A program made the translations under genes and the position numbers. Positions 28,830 to 38,776 of a stretch of 43,148 nt of DNA are shown in pieces (the stretch's first letter is position 1; each line of letters opens with the position of its first letter). A model generated the notes under the pieces. It had not been told where the DNA came from. It did not search any database and saw nothing but the letters and a program-made list of their open reading frames with translations. This stretch comes from an uncultured Planctomycetia bacterium (GTDB lineage Bacteria; Omnitrophota; Gorgyraeia; 2-02-FULL-51-18), in assembly GCA_964503765.1 (NCBI GenBank), contig CAZDBQ010000131.1, forward strand, positions 1 to 43,148. Reading direction: 5' to 3'.

Positions 28830-29656
28830 GCAGTGCGGTGAATGGAGGGCTGAGCTTAGTCCAGCGCTTTGTCACGAGCGGTGTTCTCATCGGGCTGACT
28901 ATTTTTCTTTTGTTTTTCACGAACGCTTTTTATTTTAGCCTAGAATTGACTTTTTTCGTCGCCATCGCTCTTTTTGAATTTTTAAGCCTATTGAAAAAGC
29001 AGAATATTCCTGTTTATCGCCTCTTCGGGGTGGTCATGGGAATCACGATCCCGATCATCGTGTACATGGAATTGGGCCACACGCAGTCCGGAGAAGTTCT
29101 CTTTATCATTTTGGGCTGCCTTTTTTTATTTCTGCTGCAGTTTTTTCACAAGGACAACTCGCAGGCTCTGGTAGGCATTGCCTTGACGCTCTTTGGGATT
29201 CTTTACATCAGCTGGTTCTTAAGTTTTATCATTAAGATCAGGTTCTTGGATCACGGGGTTATTTGGGTCGCCTACCTTGTCGCGGTGACGAAGGCGGCGG
29301 ATATCGGCGCGTATATCGTGGGTGTGCCTTTTGGCCGGCACAGCCTTATTCCACACATCAGCCCGAAGAAATCCGTCGAGGGAACGCTGGGTGGGCTTGT
29401 GGCGAGTGTGTTGGCTTCTTGGGCGATTAGCCCGTACTTGCCGGTCAAGCTTTCGTTGTTTCACATTCTTATTCTGGGCCTTCTTATCGGGGCCCTTGGC
29501 CAGATTGGCGATCTCTCCGAGTCGCTCATGAAACGATTTTGCAAGGCTAAGGATTCGGGAAATCTTTTGCCGGGGATGGGCGGCTTTCTGGATTCGGTGG
29601 ACAGCATTCTTTTTACCGCGCCGATATTTTATTTCCACTTGAAGGTGATTTTATGA
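28826..29656 (+). CDS. cdsA: Phosphatidate cytidylyltransferase (CDP-diglyceride synthase), with a divergent signature
   Basis: It is a polytopic membrane protein. The C-terminal signature region is SLMKRFCKAKDSGNLLPGMGGFLDSVDS. It lies in the conserved uppS-cdsA-dxr-rseP context. Confidence 0.85.
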   Translation: MSSAVNGGLSLVQRFVTSGVLIGLTIFLLFFTNAFYFSLELTFFVAIALFEFLSLLKKQNIPVYRLFGVVMGITIPIIVYMELGHTQSGEVLFIILGCLFLFLLQFFHKDNSQALVGIALTLFGILYISWFLSFIIKIRFLDHGVIWVAYLVAVTKAADIGAYIVGVPFGRHSLIPHISPKKSVEGTLGGLVASVLASWAISPYLPVKLSLFHILILGLLIGALGQIGDLSESLMKRFCKAKDSGNLLPGMGGFLDSVDSILFTAPIFYFHLKVIL

Positions 29657-30816
29657 CAAAAAAAACAGTTACCCTGTTGGGATCAACCGGATCGGTTGGC
29701 GTCAACACGCTTCGGGTGATTAAAGAGCATCCAGAGCTTTTTGAGGTAGTGGGCCTTGCCGCCGGCTCCAAAAGCAGTGTGCTCGAGCAGCAGATTGAGG
29801 CTTTCTCTCCGAAGGCCGTTTATTTGAAGGATGAGGCGGCCTGCCGTGAATTATCCAAGCGATTCGGAAAGCGTGTCAGGATTTTCTCCGAGGTTGAAGG
29901 ACTCTCCGCGTTCTCAGGAGAGCTGGATTCAGACGTGCTGGTCGCCGCGACCACGGGGACGACGGCGCTTGTTTCGGTTCTGAACGCGCTCGAGCGTGGA
30001 AAGAGGGTGGCTCTCGCCAATAAGGAAATACTGGTGGTGGCGGGCGGGCTTGTGATGTCACAGCTCAAGAAGAATCCCGCTGCTTCGCTTATTCCCGTAG
30101 ACAGCGAACACAACGCGATATTTCAGTGCCTGCAGGGGAATAGAGCGAAGGACATTGAAAAAATTATTCTCACGGGGTCAGGCGGCCCGCTACGGGAAAT
30201 TTCCAAAGAAAACTTTGCGGGCATTTCAAAAGAGGTTGTCGTCAATCATCCGAAGTGGAAGATGGGAAAGAAAATATCTGTGGATTCCGCTACACTGATG
30301 AACAAGGGACTTGAGATTATCGAGGCCTCCTGGCTCTTCGACGTTCCCATTGAAAAAATTGAGGTTTTAATTCACCCGGAGGCGATTATCCACTCGATGG
30401 TGGAGTTTAGGGACGGAGCGATTTTGGCGCAGCTGGGCGTGACGGACATGAGGCTGCCGATTCAGCACGCGCTGGCTTTTCCCGAGAGGCTTTCATCGCT
30501 CCCCGAGCTTAAACTGGATTTTTCCAGTCTCCAAAGACTGTCCTTCTCACTGCCGGACCGGAAAAAATTCCCCTGTCTTGACATTGCCTACCAAGCCGCC
30601 AGAAAATCGGGCAGCGCGCCTTGCGTGTTGAGCGCGGCGGATGAAGTAGCCGTGGGGGCGTATCTGGACGACAAGATCGGTTTTATTCAAATACCCGAGA
30701 TTATCGAGAGGGTGCTCTCAAAGCACCCGCATGTTACCAATCCTGATTTAGGGCAAATTCAATCCATTCACGCGTGGGCCGTAGAGGAGACCAAAAAATT
30801 ATGTCAAGCGCTCTAA
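29653..30816 (+). CDS. dxr: 1-deoxy-D-xylulose 5-phosphate reductoisomerase
   Basis: Motifs are VTLLGSTGSVGVNTL, LANKE, DSEHNAIFQC and NHPKWKMG. Confidence 0.95.
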   Translation: MTKKTVTLLGSTGSVGVNTLRVIKEHPELFEVVGLAAGSKSSVLEQQIEAFSPKAVYLKDEAACRELSKRFGKRVRIFSEVEGLSAFSGELDSDVLVAATTGTTALVSVLNALERGKRVALANKEILVVAGGLVMSQLKKNPAASLIPVDSEHNAIFQCLQGNRAKDIEKIILTGSGGPLREISKENFAGISKEVVVNHPKWKMGKKISVDSATLMNKGLEIIEASWLFDVPIEKIEVLIHPEAIIHSMVEFRDGAILAQLGVTDMRLPIQHALAFPERLSSLPELKLDFSSLQRLSFSLPDRKKFPCLDIAYQAARKSGSAPCVLSAADEVAVGAYLDDKIGFIQIPEIIERVLSKHPHVTNPDLGQIQSIHAWAVEETKKLCQAL

Positions 30817-31883
30817 TCTTTATTTTTGTCTTAAGTGTTCTCGTAGTCGTGCATGAATTCGGCCACTTTATCGTGGCAAGGCTAGTCGGCGTGCGGGTGG
30901 AGAAGTTTTCCATTGGGTTTGGCCCTGTTTTATTCAGCCGTAAGTTCGGCGAAACGGAATTCTGTGTTTCGCTTCTACCCTTGGGCGGCTTTGTGAAGCT
31001 GGCGGGCGAGAGTCCCGAGGAATCCAAGGGCGCCGAATGGGAATTTAACTCTAAAAATCTTTGGCAGAAATTTCTCATCGTGTTTGCCGGGCCTCTGATG
31101 AACGCTTTTTTGGCGTTTGTGATATTTTCATCTATTTTTTTAGTCGGACAGCCGACGCTGACGACGACGATTGGCAAGGTGCTGGACGGCACTCCGGCCA
31201 AGGAGGCGGGGATTGAGGTGGGGGACAAAATAACGGCGGTGAACGGCCAACAAGTGGCTCTGTGGGAGGAGCTCCTTAAAGTAGTGCACAAAAGTGAAAG
31301 TAAGATCGTATTTATGGTTGAAAGAGGCTCGCAGACGCTGGCGATTCCGGTGGTACCCCGTGTTCAGGACTCGCGCGATATGTTTGGAAAAAAAATCAGA
31401 GTGGCGTTTGTTGGCGTCGCCCCTTCCAGTGAGATGATCTACGTAAAGAATGGGATTTTTAAGGCAATTTATCTAGGTGCTGAGCGCGTGTGGACACTCA
31501 CCGCGATGATCTTCTATTCCCTGGGCCTTATGATTTCCGGAGCCCTTTCTTTTAAGGAATCCGTAACGGGCCCTATCGGTATTTTCTTCATGACTCAACA
31601 GGCCGCCCAGATGGGTATCGTGTACTTGTTCTATTTCATGGGTTCCTTAAGCGTAAGTCTTTTTGTGCTCAACCTGCTACCCATTCCGGTACTGGATGGC
31701 GGCCATGTTTTATTCATCTTAATCGAGCGCCTCAAAGGGTCGCCACTCAAGGAATCCATCAAGGAAAAAATGACCCAAGGGGGGCTGGTGCTTCTTCTGG
31801 TGCTCATGGCGTTTGTGATCTTTCAGGATATCAACCGCTTTTCAATTGTGCAGAATGTCCGTAATTTTTTTATTCGAACATGA
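30801..31883 (+). CDS. rseP: RIP zinc metalloprotease (site-2 protease)
   Basis: It has the HEFGHF zinc motif in the first TM region, a PDZ region (GTPAKEAGIEVGDKITAVNG) and NLLPIPVLDGGH. The ORF-track start at 30774 is a GTG. ATG 30801 (MSSALIFIF...) fits the family N-terminus. Confidence 0.9.
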   Translation: MSSALIFIFVLSVLVVVHEFGHFIVARLVGVRVEKFSIGFGPVLFSRKFGETEFCVSLLPLGGFVKLAGESPEESKGAEWEFNSKNLWQKFLIVFAGPLMNAFLAFVIFSSIFLVGQPTLTTTIGKVLDGTPAKEAGIEVGDKITAVNGQQVALWEELLKVVHKSESKIVFMVERGSQTLAIPVVPRVQDSRDMFGKKIRVAFVGVAPSSEMIYVKNGIFKAIYLGAERVWTLTAMIFYSLGLMISGALSFKESVTGPIGIFFMTQQAAQMGIVYLFYFMGSLSVSLFVLNLLPIPVLDGGHVLFILIERLKGSPLKESIKEKMTQGGLVLLLVLMAFVIFQDINRFSIVQNVRNFFIRT

Positions 31884-31928
31884 TCATCATTTTAAATTTA
31901 ACATTTAACATTTTAGATTGCATTTAAA

Positions 31929-33686
31929 ATGCGCTGGACTCAATTTTTAATCCCCACCCTAAAAGAGATCCCGCAAGAGGCGCAGATCAAGAGCCATCGC
32001 CTCATGTTGCGGGCAGGGCTTATCCGCAAGCTGGCCAGCGGCACCTACAGTTACCTGCCTCTGGGTTTCCGGGCGCTAAAAAAAGCGACTGAAATCGTTA
32101 GGGACGAGATGGATCGCGCGGGGGCCCAGGAGCTCCTCTTGCCGGCGATTCATCCCACGGACCTTTGGAAGGAATCCGGCCGGTATGAAATCCTCGGTGA
32201 GGACATGATTCATTTTAAGGACCGTCATGGCAAGGACAACGTGCTGGGCCCGACCCATGAGGAGGTCATTACAGATCTTGTGCGCCGCGAGATACGGTCC
32301 TATAAGCAGCTCCCCTTGATTCTCTATCAAATTCAGACTAAATTCCGTGATGAAATGCGCCCCCGCTCGGGTGTTATCCGGAGCCGCGAATTTATCATGA
32401 AGGACGCGTACAGTTTCCACGCCTCAAACCAAAGTCTCGATGAAACGTACCTCTCGATGCAAGAGGCGTACAAAGCTATATTCACACGCTGCGGCCTGGG
32501 ATTCCATATCGTCCAGGCGGATCCCGGGGCGATGGGTGGTTCGGGCTCTCAGGAGTTTGTTCTTTTCTCAGACGCGGGGGAAGACCGTATGGTGCAGTAC
32601 GGGGACTCAGACGTCGTCGTAAGTGTTGAAATGGCCAAAAGGGTTCTAAAGGGCCTGAAACTACCCGCAGCGGCCGCTTCTGAGAACAAATACAAGAAGA
32701 TTCAAACCCCGGGGCATTCCAGCGTGGATGGCGTCAGCGCCTTTTTGAAGAAGAAGCCCTCAGACCTTGTGAAGACGATGATTTATGAAATTCTGGATCC
32801 TTCCGCATCCAATAAGACGAAGGTGTTCGCGGTTCTGGTGCGAGGAGACCACGAGGTCAGCCATTATAAAGTTTCTGAGAAAGAAAAGGGGGCCGCCCTG
32901 GCTGCACGGGATACCATTGAACGCTTAGGCTCACACTTCGGCTTCAGCGGTCCCTTGGGGCTGTCCGATATCCCCTTTTATATTGATGAAGATGTTCTTT
33001 TGATGAAGGATTTTGTCGTGGGGGCCAATGAGGACGGCTATCATCTCCTCGATGTGAACCTAGCGGATATTTTAAGCGGGAATACCAAGCGTCAAGTGGT
33101 GGTAGGTGATTTCCGCCAGGTGGTAGTGGGGGACAAGGGTGAAGCGCAAGGCCGAGAAGTGTCTCTCGGGATAAAAACGGCCATCGAGTTGGGGCATATT
33201 TTTAAACTGAATCTAAGATATTCCGTTCCGCTGAAAGCCCATTTTCTCGACGCCGCTGGCAAGGAAAACCCCGTCATCATGGGTTGCTACGGCATAGGCG
33301 TTAACCGCATCCTGGCCGCTGCCATCGAGCAGCACGCGGATGAGAAGGGCATTGTCTGGCCTAAAAATATCGCCCCCTTTCAGGTGCTGGTCATTATGAT
33401 TGACCCTAAAGATGCCCAGTCCAATGAGATTTGCGAAACCATTGTTAATTCAGAGGAATTGAAGCGTAGAGGCGTGGATGTGCTCGTGGACGACCGCCAG
33501 GAGACGCCGGGAGTCAAATTCAACGACGCCGACCTCATTGGCATCCCTCTGCGCGTGGTTCTTGGCCCTAAGAACCTCAAATTGGGTAAGGTTGAAATTA
33601 AACAGCGAAAAACCTCAGAAATGACCCTCGTGGACATCTCCGCCGCAGTCCCAGAAATCCTAAAGCAGCTTGACAAAATAGCCTAA
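31929..33686 (+). CDS. proS: Prolyl-tRNA synthetase (bacterial type with INS editing domain)
   Basis: Class II motif 2 is FRDEMRPRSGVIRSREFIMKDAYSF. There is an inserted editing domain, plus GCYGIGVNRILAA and a C-terminal anticodon-binding domain. Confidence 0.95.
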   Translation: MRWTQFLIPTLKEIPQEAQIKSHRLMLRAGLIRKLASGTYSYLPLGFRALKKATEIVRDEMDRAGAQELLLPAIHPTDLWKESGRYEILGEDMIHFKDRHGKDNVLGPTHEEVITDLVRREIRSYKQLPLILYQIQTKFRDEMRPRSGVIRSREFIMKDAYSFHASNQSLDETYLSMQEAYKAIFTRCGLGFHIVQADPGAMGGSGSQEFVLFSDAGEDRMVQYGDSDVVVSVEMAKRVLKGLKLPAAAASENKYKKIQTPGHSSVDGVSAFLKKKPSDLVKTMIYEILDPSASNKTKVFAVLVRGDHEVSHYKVSEKEKGAALAARDTIERLGSHFGFSGPLGLSDIPFYIDEDVLLMKDFVVGANEDGYHLLDVNLADILSGNTKRQVVVGDFRQVVVGDKGEAQGREVSLGIKTAIELGHIFKLNLRYSVPLKAHFLDAAGKENPVIMGCYGIGVNRILAAAIEQHADEKGIVWPKNIAPFQVLVIMIDPKDAQSNEICETIVNSEELKRRGVDVLVDDRQETPGVKFNDADLIGIPLRVVLGPKNLKLGKVEIKQRKTSEMTLVDISAAVPEILKQLDKIA

Positions 33687-33727
33687 TTTTGTTAACCTAA
33701 CAAGAGTAAAATTCGCAGTACTTTATG

Positions 33728-33754
33728 AAGTGGGTGAATACCCACTTTTTTTTT
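33728..33754 (+). terminator. Rho-independent terminator after proS
   Basis: An 8-bp stem (aagtgggt / acccactt) with the 4-nt loop gaat runs into a 9-T tract (33746-33754). Confidence 0.75.
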
Positions 33755-33816
33755 CGCCACAAATTGTGGACGAACCCGCCGGCTCTTTGGCGGGATTGCC
33801 ATTTAAGGTTATTATA

Positions 33817-34287
33817 ATGCTGCCCCTTGAAATTCAGAACCGGCTCGAGGAGATTAGAAGCCAAATTCAAGGCCTTGGCGCCGAACTCATTGACATAAGT
33901 GTAAGAAGGACAGGGACTCGGAGCGTTTTGGCTGTTTTTGTCGACAAGGCTGGCGGCATTACTCTTGATGAGTGCGTGGAGATAAATCGCCAGCTAGGTG
34001 TTTATTTTGACGAGCAGGAATTGATGCAGGGCTCCTACTATTTGGAAGTAAGCAGTCCCGGCCTTGACAGGCCCCTCAAAACAGAGGGCGATTATTCGCG
34101 GGCGATAGGCCAGAGGCTGCGGTTGGTGTTTAAAGGTGAGGATGGCACGGTGACGCAGCGGATCGGAGATGTTCTTTCTATCAAAGACGGTGTGGTTGAG
34201 CTAAAAAGCGTACTGGACCAGACTTTATTGAAATTACCTCTAGATTCAATTATCAAAGCAGTCCGTGAAATTAAATTTAAACATTAG
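33817..34287 (+). CDS. rimP: Ribosome maturation factor RimP
   Basis: ELIDISVRRTGTRSVLAVFVDKAGGITLDECVEINR and LEVSSPGLDRPL are typical of RimP. The ORF-track GTG at 33730 lies inside the proS terminator stem, so ATG 33817 is preferred. Confidence 0.85.
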   Translation: MLPLEIQNRLEEIRSQIQGLGAELIDISVRRTGTRSVLAVFVDKAGGITLDECVEINRQLGVYFDEQELMQGSYYLEVSSPGLDRPLKTEGDYSRAIGQRLRLVFKGEDGTVTQRIGDVLSIKDGVVELKSVLDQTLLKLPLDSIIKAVREIKFKH

Positions 34288-34295
34288 GTGAGGGT

Positions 34296-35519
34296 ATGGG
34301 AACTGAACTTTTAGCTGTCATAGAAAATATAGAGCGGGAAAAAGGGATAAGCCGGAAGGTTTTAATTGAATCCGTCGAAGCCGCCCTTGTGTCTGCCGCG
34401 AGAAAAGTGGTTCACGACAAGGATAAGGAAATTGAGGTCAAGATCGATCTTGAGACCGGGCGAATTCGTATTTTGTCAGAGGGTAAGGAGATTGTTTCCA
34501 ACGAGTTTGGACGCATCGCGGCCCAGACCGCCAAACAGGTTATTTTCCAGAAAATCCGCGAAGCCGAGCGAGACGTCATTTTTAATGAATTTCAGGAAAA
34601 GGCCGACTCTATTGTGAGCGGAACGGTGTATCGTTTTGAGAAGGGGGCGCTTCTAGTGGACCTCGGTAAGACCGAGGGAGTATTGCCAAAGCGCGAGATG
34701 TCTCCGCGCGACGCCTACCGTCAGGGAGACAATATCCGAGCTTTCGTGCTTGAGGTAAATCGCACTGCCAAAGGCCCACAAATTATTTTATCCCGCAGCC
34801 ACTTGGGTTTCGTGAGACGTCTTTTTGAGCTGGAAGTACCGGAGATCGCGGAGGGGATGGTGGAGATAAAGTCTCTCTCTCGTGAACCGGGTGACAGGAC
34901 AAAAATTGCTGTTTGGTCCACAAACGACAAGGTTGACTGCGTGGGGGCTTGTGTCGGAATACGCGGTTCGAGAGTCAAGGGCGTCGTCAAAGAGCTTCAA
35001 GGCGAGAAAATAGACATTGTTCGGTGGAGTGAAAATATTGAGGAGTTTGTGAAGGCGGCCCTGAGCCCTGCCGAGGTTTCTTCAGTCAAGGTGGCCAATC
35101 AGGAGGAGAGGAAGGTGGAGGTAGTGGTGGCGGATGATCAGCTATCTTTGGCCATAGGTAAAAACGGCCAAAATGTCAGGCTGGCCTGCAAACTGACTGG
35201 ATGGTCCATCGATATTCGTTCCAAGAAGGACATTGCCAAGGAAAAGCTTGAGGCGAGCATGACTCCCGAGGTTTCCGCCCAGGGCGCAGGCGAGGATGCT
35301 GGCGAGGAAGCGGGCATTGAGTCCGTTGAGGGAGTGGGGCCAAAAATCGCACAGGCGTTGTCTGAAGCTGGTTACAAGACCGTCGCGGATCTCAAGAAGG
35401 CAACAGAAGAAGAGCTCCTTAGCGTCAAGGGAGTTGGCAAGAAGACCGTGGAAAAGATTTTGCAGTCACTCAATAAAACCGAAGGCACCCAAGACTCCGT
35501 CGCTCCGGAGGAAGTCTAG
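34296..35519 (+). CDS. nusA: Transcription termination/antitermination factor NusA
   Basis: The N-terminus is LLAVIENIEREKGISRKVLIESVEAAL. It has an S1 domain, two KH domains (LAIGKNGQNVRLA) and a C-terminal HhH repeat (VEGVGPKIAQAL..VKGVGKKTVEKI). Confidence 0.95.
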   Translation: MGTELLAVIENIEREKGISRKVLIESVEAALVSAARKVVHDKDKEIEVKIDLETGRIRILSEGKEIVSNEFGRIAAQTAKQVIFQKIREAERDVIFNEFQEKADSIVSGTVYRFEKGALLVDLGKTEGVLPKREMSPRDAYRQGDNIRAFVLEVNRTAKGPQIILSRSHLGFVRRLFELEVPEIAEGMVEIKSLSREPGDRTKIAVWSTNDKVDCVGACVGIRGSRVKGVVKELQGEKIDIVRWSENIEEFVKAALSPAEVSSVKVANQEERKVEVVVADDQLSLAIGKNGQNVRLACKLTGWSIDIRSKKDIAKEKLEASMTPEVSAQGAGEDAGEEAGIESVEGVGPKIAQALSEAGYKTVADLKKATEEELLSVKGVGKKTVEKILQSLNKTEGTQDSVAPEEV

Positions 35520-35521
35520 GC

Positions 35522-37783
35522 ATGTCATTACGGGTTCATGAATTAGCTAAAGAGTTAAAGCTGACCTCAAAAGAGCTTATTGACAAGCTAAAAGGGCTTA
35601 AGGTTGACGCCAAAAGCCACATGAGCCTTTTGACGGATGAAAATGTTAAACGGCTCAAGGAATCGCTGACTCCCTCAGCTAAACCTAAGACTGAGAAGCC
35701 AGTAGTCTCGCCTGTTGCGACTAAGGTCAAAGAAAAGGAGCTGCAGCCAGGCTCTATCGAAAGCGCCAAGAAAGAGTTTTTGCTTCAACGCGGCGCCGTA
35801 AAAACGCAAGTCAAGCCTGAGATTAAAACGGCGCGTCCCCGTGAAGCCACGCCGAGCTTTTCGTCTACGATAAAAACAGCCCCCACCTCTTCATTCATAA
35901 AAAGTAAGCCAGCTGTCATTGAACCAAAGAAGATAGCGAAACCCGCTTTTGCGGAAAAGAGTGTATTTAGCCCGGCTCCTCATTTGCAGGCGGCTCCTGT
36001 GAGCGCTCCGCCCGTCCCAGAGCCAGCCAAGATAAAAAAGATACAGGTCCAGACTCCCGTTATCGTGAAGGATCTGGCGGCAAAGCTTTTTGTAAGACCT
36101 GGCGAGCTTATTCAGCGTCTCATCAAGCTCAACGTGTTCGCCAGTATCAATCAGGCGATCGATTTTGAAATTGCCAGCAAAGTGTCCTTGGAGTTGGGTT
36201 TCGAGCTGGAGAAACCGCCGGTCACGGAAGAAGCTGTGGTGGAAGTCAGTGCCCCGAAAAAGGATAAATCGCTTCTTGAGACGCGCGCTCCGATTGTTAC
36301 TTTTATGGGCCATGTCGATCACGGCAAGACATCACTTCTTGACGCGATACGTAAAACAAAAGTGGCCGCTAAAGAAGCGGGCGGAATTACCCAGCATATT
36401 GGCGCTTATGAGGTTTTTCTTCCCAAAGGCGCGGTGACATTTCTAGACACGCCGGGCCATGAGGCTTTCACGGCGATGCGTGCCCGAGGCGCCCGCGTGA
36501 CGGACGTCGTTGTGCTTGTCGTAGCCGCGGATGACGGCGTTATGCCGCAGACGCTTGAGGCGATTGATCACGCCAAGGCCGCGGGAGTTTCCATTATTGT
36601 CGCGATCAATAAAATGGATTTGCCTTCCGCGAACCCTGACCGCGTTAAAAAAGGATTGATGGAGCATGGATTAATGGCGGAGGAATGGGGCGGGAAAACA
36701 ATTATGTTAGGCGTTTCTGCCAAAACCGGCAAAGGGATTGACGAGCTTCTAGAGATGCTGGCCCTGGAATCCGATCTTCTTGAGCTTAAAGCGGACCCAG
36801 CCGCTCCCGCCAGCGGCGTGGTTGTGGAAGCGGAGCTCTCAAAAGAAAGCGGTGTTCTCGCCACAGTTTTGGTGCAGGATGGGACGTTGAGAGTCGGAGA
36901 TGTGGTCGTGGTGGGTTCTAACTACTGCAAGGTTCGCGCGATGATCAATGACCGAGGCCAACGCGTCAAGGAAGCGCTTCCGTCGATGCCCGTTGTTATC
37001 CTGGGACTTTCCGGAGCGCCCAAGGCCGGAGACCGTTTCACTGTGGTCAAAGATGAGCGCAAGGCAAAAGAGATTATGGAGCAAAAAGAAGAGAGCTCGA
37101 GGGGGAAGAGCGCTGGCCCACACATTACGCTCGAGCATCTGTACGAGGATATCAAGGCGGGCAAGGTCGAGGAGTTAAAACTTATTATTAAATCGGATGT
37201 TCAGGGTTCCGTGGAGGCGCTGCGCTCCACGCTGGGGAAGATCAAATCGACAAACGTGAGGCTCAATATCATCCACGCGGGAATTGGTGAAGTGTCAGAA
37301 TCTGACGTAATGCTCGCCGCCGCGTCCGATGCCGTTGTGATAGGGTTTCATGTTGGCATCAGCGACGCGGCCAAGGAAGTAGGCGAAAGAGAGCTGGTGG
37401 ATGTGCGCTTTTATGAGATTATTTACGAAGTAAACACGGCCATTGAGAAGGCGATGGAGGGTCTCCTTGAGCCCGAGCTCAAAGAGGTATTCGTCGGTGT
37501 CGCTGAAGTGCGGCAGGTGTTCAAGGTTTCTAAAATCGGCACTATCGCCGGCTGTGCGGTCCAGAAAGGCAAAATTGTCAGAAACGCGCCTTGCCGGGTC
37601 GTGCGCAATGGAGTGAAAGTTCACGACGGCAAAATCGAGAGTTTGAAGCGTTTTAAGGACGACGCTCGGGAAGTGCTGGAAGGCTTTGAGTGCGGTATCG
37701 GCGTGTCGAATTATGACGAGTTGATACTGGGCGATCGCATTGAGGTTTTTGAGATTCAGAAGAAAGCGAGAAAACTGGAGTAG
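35522..37783 (+). CDS. infB: Translation initiation factor IF-2
   Basis: The IF2-N motif is [21 protein letters not shown]. The G domain has [17 protein letters not shown] and NKMD. Confidence 0.95.
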   Translation: MSLRVHELAKELKLTSKELIDKLKGLKVDAKSHMSLLTDENVKRLKESLTPSAKPKTEKPVVSPVATKVKEKELQPGSIESAKKEFLLQRGAVKTQVKPEIKTARPREATPSFSSTIKTAPTSSFIKSKPAVIEPKKIAKPAFAEKSVFSPAPHLQAAPVSAPPVPEPAKIKKIQVQTPVIVKDLAAKLFVRPGELIQRLIKLNVFASINQAIDFEIASKVSLELGFELEKPPVTEEAVVEVSAPKKDKSLLETRAPIVTFMGHVDHGKTSLLDAIRKTKVAAKEAGGITQHIGAYEVFLPKGAVTFLDTPGHEAFTAMRARGARVTDVVVLVVAADDGVMPQTLEAIDHAKAAGVSIIVAINKMDLPSANPDRVKKGLMEHGLMAEEWGGKTIMLGVSAKTGKGIDELLEMLALESDLLELKADPAAPASGVVVEAELSKESGVLATVLVQDGTLRVGDVVVVGSNYCKVRAMINDRGQRVKEALPSMPVVILGLSGAPKAGDRFTVVKDERKAKEIMEQKEESSRGKSAGPHITLEHLYEDIKAGKVEELKLIIKSDVQGSVEALRSTLGKIKSTNVRLNIIHAGIGEVSESDVMLAAASDAVVIGFHVGISDAAKEVGERELVDVRFYEIIYEVNTAIEKAMEGLLEPELKEVFVGVAEVRQVFKVSKIGTIAGCAVQKGKIVRNAPCRVVRNGVKVHDGKIESLKRFKDDAREVLEGFECGIGVSNYDELILGDRIEVFEIQKKARKLE

Positions 37784-37789
37784 TCAAAA

Positions 37790-38776
37790 ATGAACCGGGT
37801 TCTCTCAGGCATGAGACCGACCGGACCCCTTCACTTGGGGCATTTACTCGGGGCACTTGAAAATTGGTTAAAACTTCAAGAAAGCCACGAGTGTTTTTTT
37901 ATGGTGGCGGATCTCCACGCGCTGATGGGCGAATATGAGAATCCGGCTCTGATCCAGAAAAATTCCCAAGAGATGGTGATTGACTGGTTGGCCTGCGGCA
38001 TCGATCCCAAAAAAAGCGTTATTTTTATCCAGTCGCAGATCCCCGAGCATTCCGAATTGGCGATGATTCTAGGCATGATTACGCCTCTGGGGTGGTTGGA
38101 GCGGAATCCGACGTACAAGGAACAGCTCCGCGAGATTGAAGGGCGGGACCTGACGACATTTGGCTTCTTGGGTTATCCGGTTTTGCAGGCGGCGGATATC
38201 CTTCTCTACAAGGCCAATAAAGTGCCCGTGGGCGAGGACCAGCTGGCGCATTTGGAGCTGACGCGTGAAATTGTGCGACGCTTCAAGCATTTTTATAAAA
38301 AAGGAATTTTTCCGGAGCCTGAGGCCGTGTTGACCGCTGAGGCGAGGATACTGGGTACTGACCGGCGTAAGATGTCCAAAAGTTACGGCAACGCGATCAA
38401 CCTGTCAGATTCGGAAGAGGCTACCAAAAAGAAGGTTTTGTCGATGCTGACAGACCCGGCTAGGATCAAGATGTCGGATCTGGGACATCCCAGTGACTGC
38501 AATGTTTATTCGTACTACAAGATTTTTGCTAAAGAAGAGCTGACGTTGCAGGCGCATGACTGGTGTTCGCAGGCTAAGAAGGGCTGCGTGGAGTGCAAGA
38601 CACTATTTGCTGATCTGCTTTTGGAGAAGCTGCGGCCCATCCAAAAGCGCCGTGACGAGATAGCCAAGGACACTAAGCTTGTCGCGGACGTTTTAAAGGA
38701 AGGTTACGAGCGGGCTAATTTAGTCGCAAAGCAAACCATGAAGGAAGTGAAGCAGCTTTTACATTTATTGAACTGA
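37790..38776 (+). CDS. trpS: Tryptophanyl-tRNA synthetase with a C-terminal Cys4 motif
   Basis: The HIGH region is GPLHLGHLLG and the KMSKS loop is present. The four Cys are C237, C259, C266 and C269 (C-x21-C-x6-C-x2-C). Confidence 0.95.
   Translation: MNRVLSGMRPTGPLHLGHLLGALENWLKLQESHECFFMVADLHALMGEYENPALIQKNSQEMVIDWLACGIDPKKSVIFIQSQIPEHSELAMILGMITPLGWLERNPTYKEQLREIEGRDLTTFGFLGYPVLQAADILLYKANKVPVGEDQLAHLELTREIVRRFKHFYKKGIFPEPEAVLTAEARILGTDRRKMSKSYGNAINLSDSEEATKKKVLSMLTDPARIKMSDLGHPSDCNVYSYYKIFAKEELTLQAHDWCSQAKKGCVECKTLFADLLLEKLRPIQKRRDEIAKDTKLVADVLKEGYERANLVAKQTMKEVKQLLHLLN

Noticed and set aside
31884-31928. The AT-rich spacer before proS with the short direct repeat tttaacatttaacatttta, considered as a possible regulatory repeat or T-box leader.
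   Set aside because: At 45 nt it is far too short for a T-box or riboswitch. The repeat is a trivial 7-mer duplication in AT-rich promoter-like sequence.
33775-33795. The small hairpin cccgcc-ggctctttg-ggcggg upstream of rimP, considered as a second terminator or attenuator.
   Set aside because: It has only a 6-bp stem and no following U-tract. It cannot be distinguished from chance structure in a GC-rich patch.
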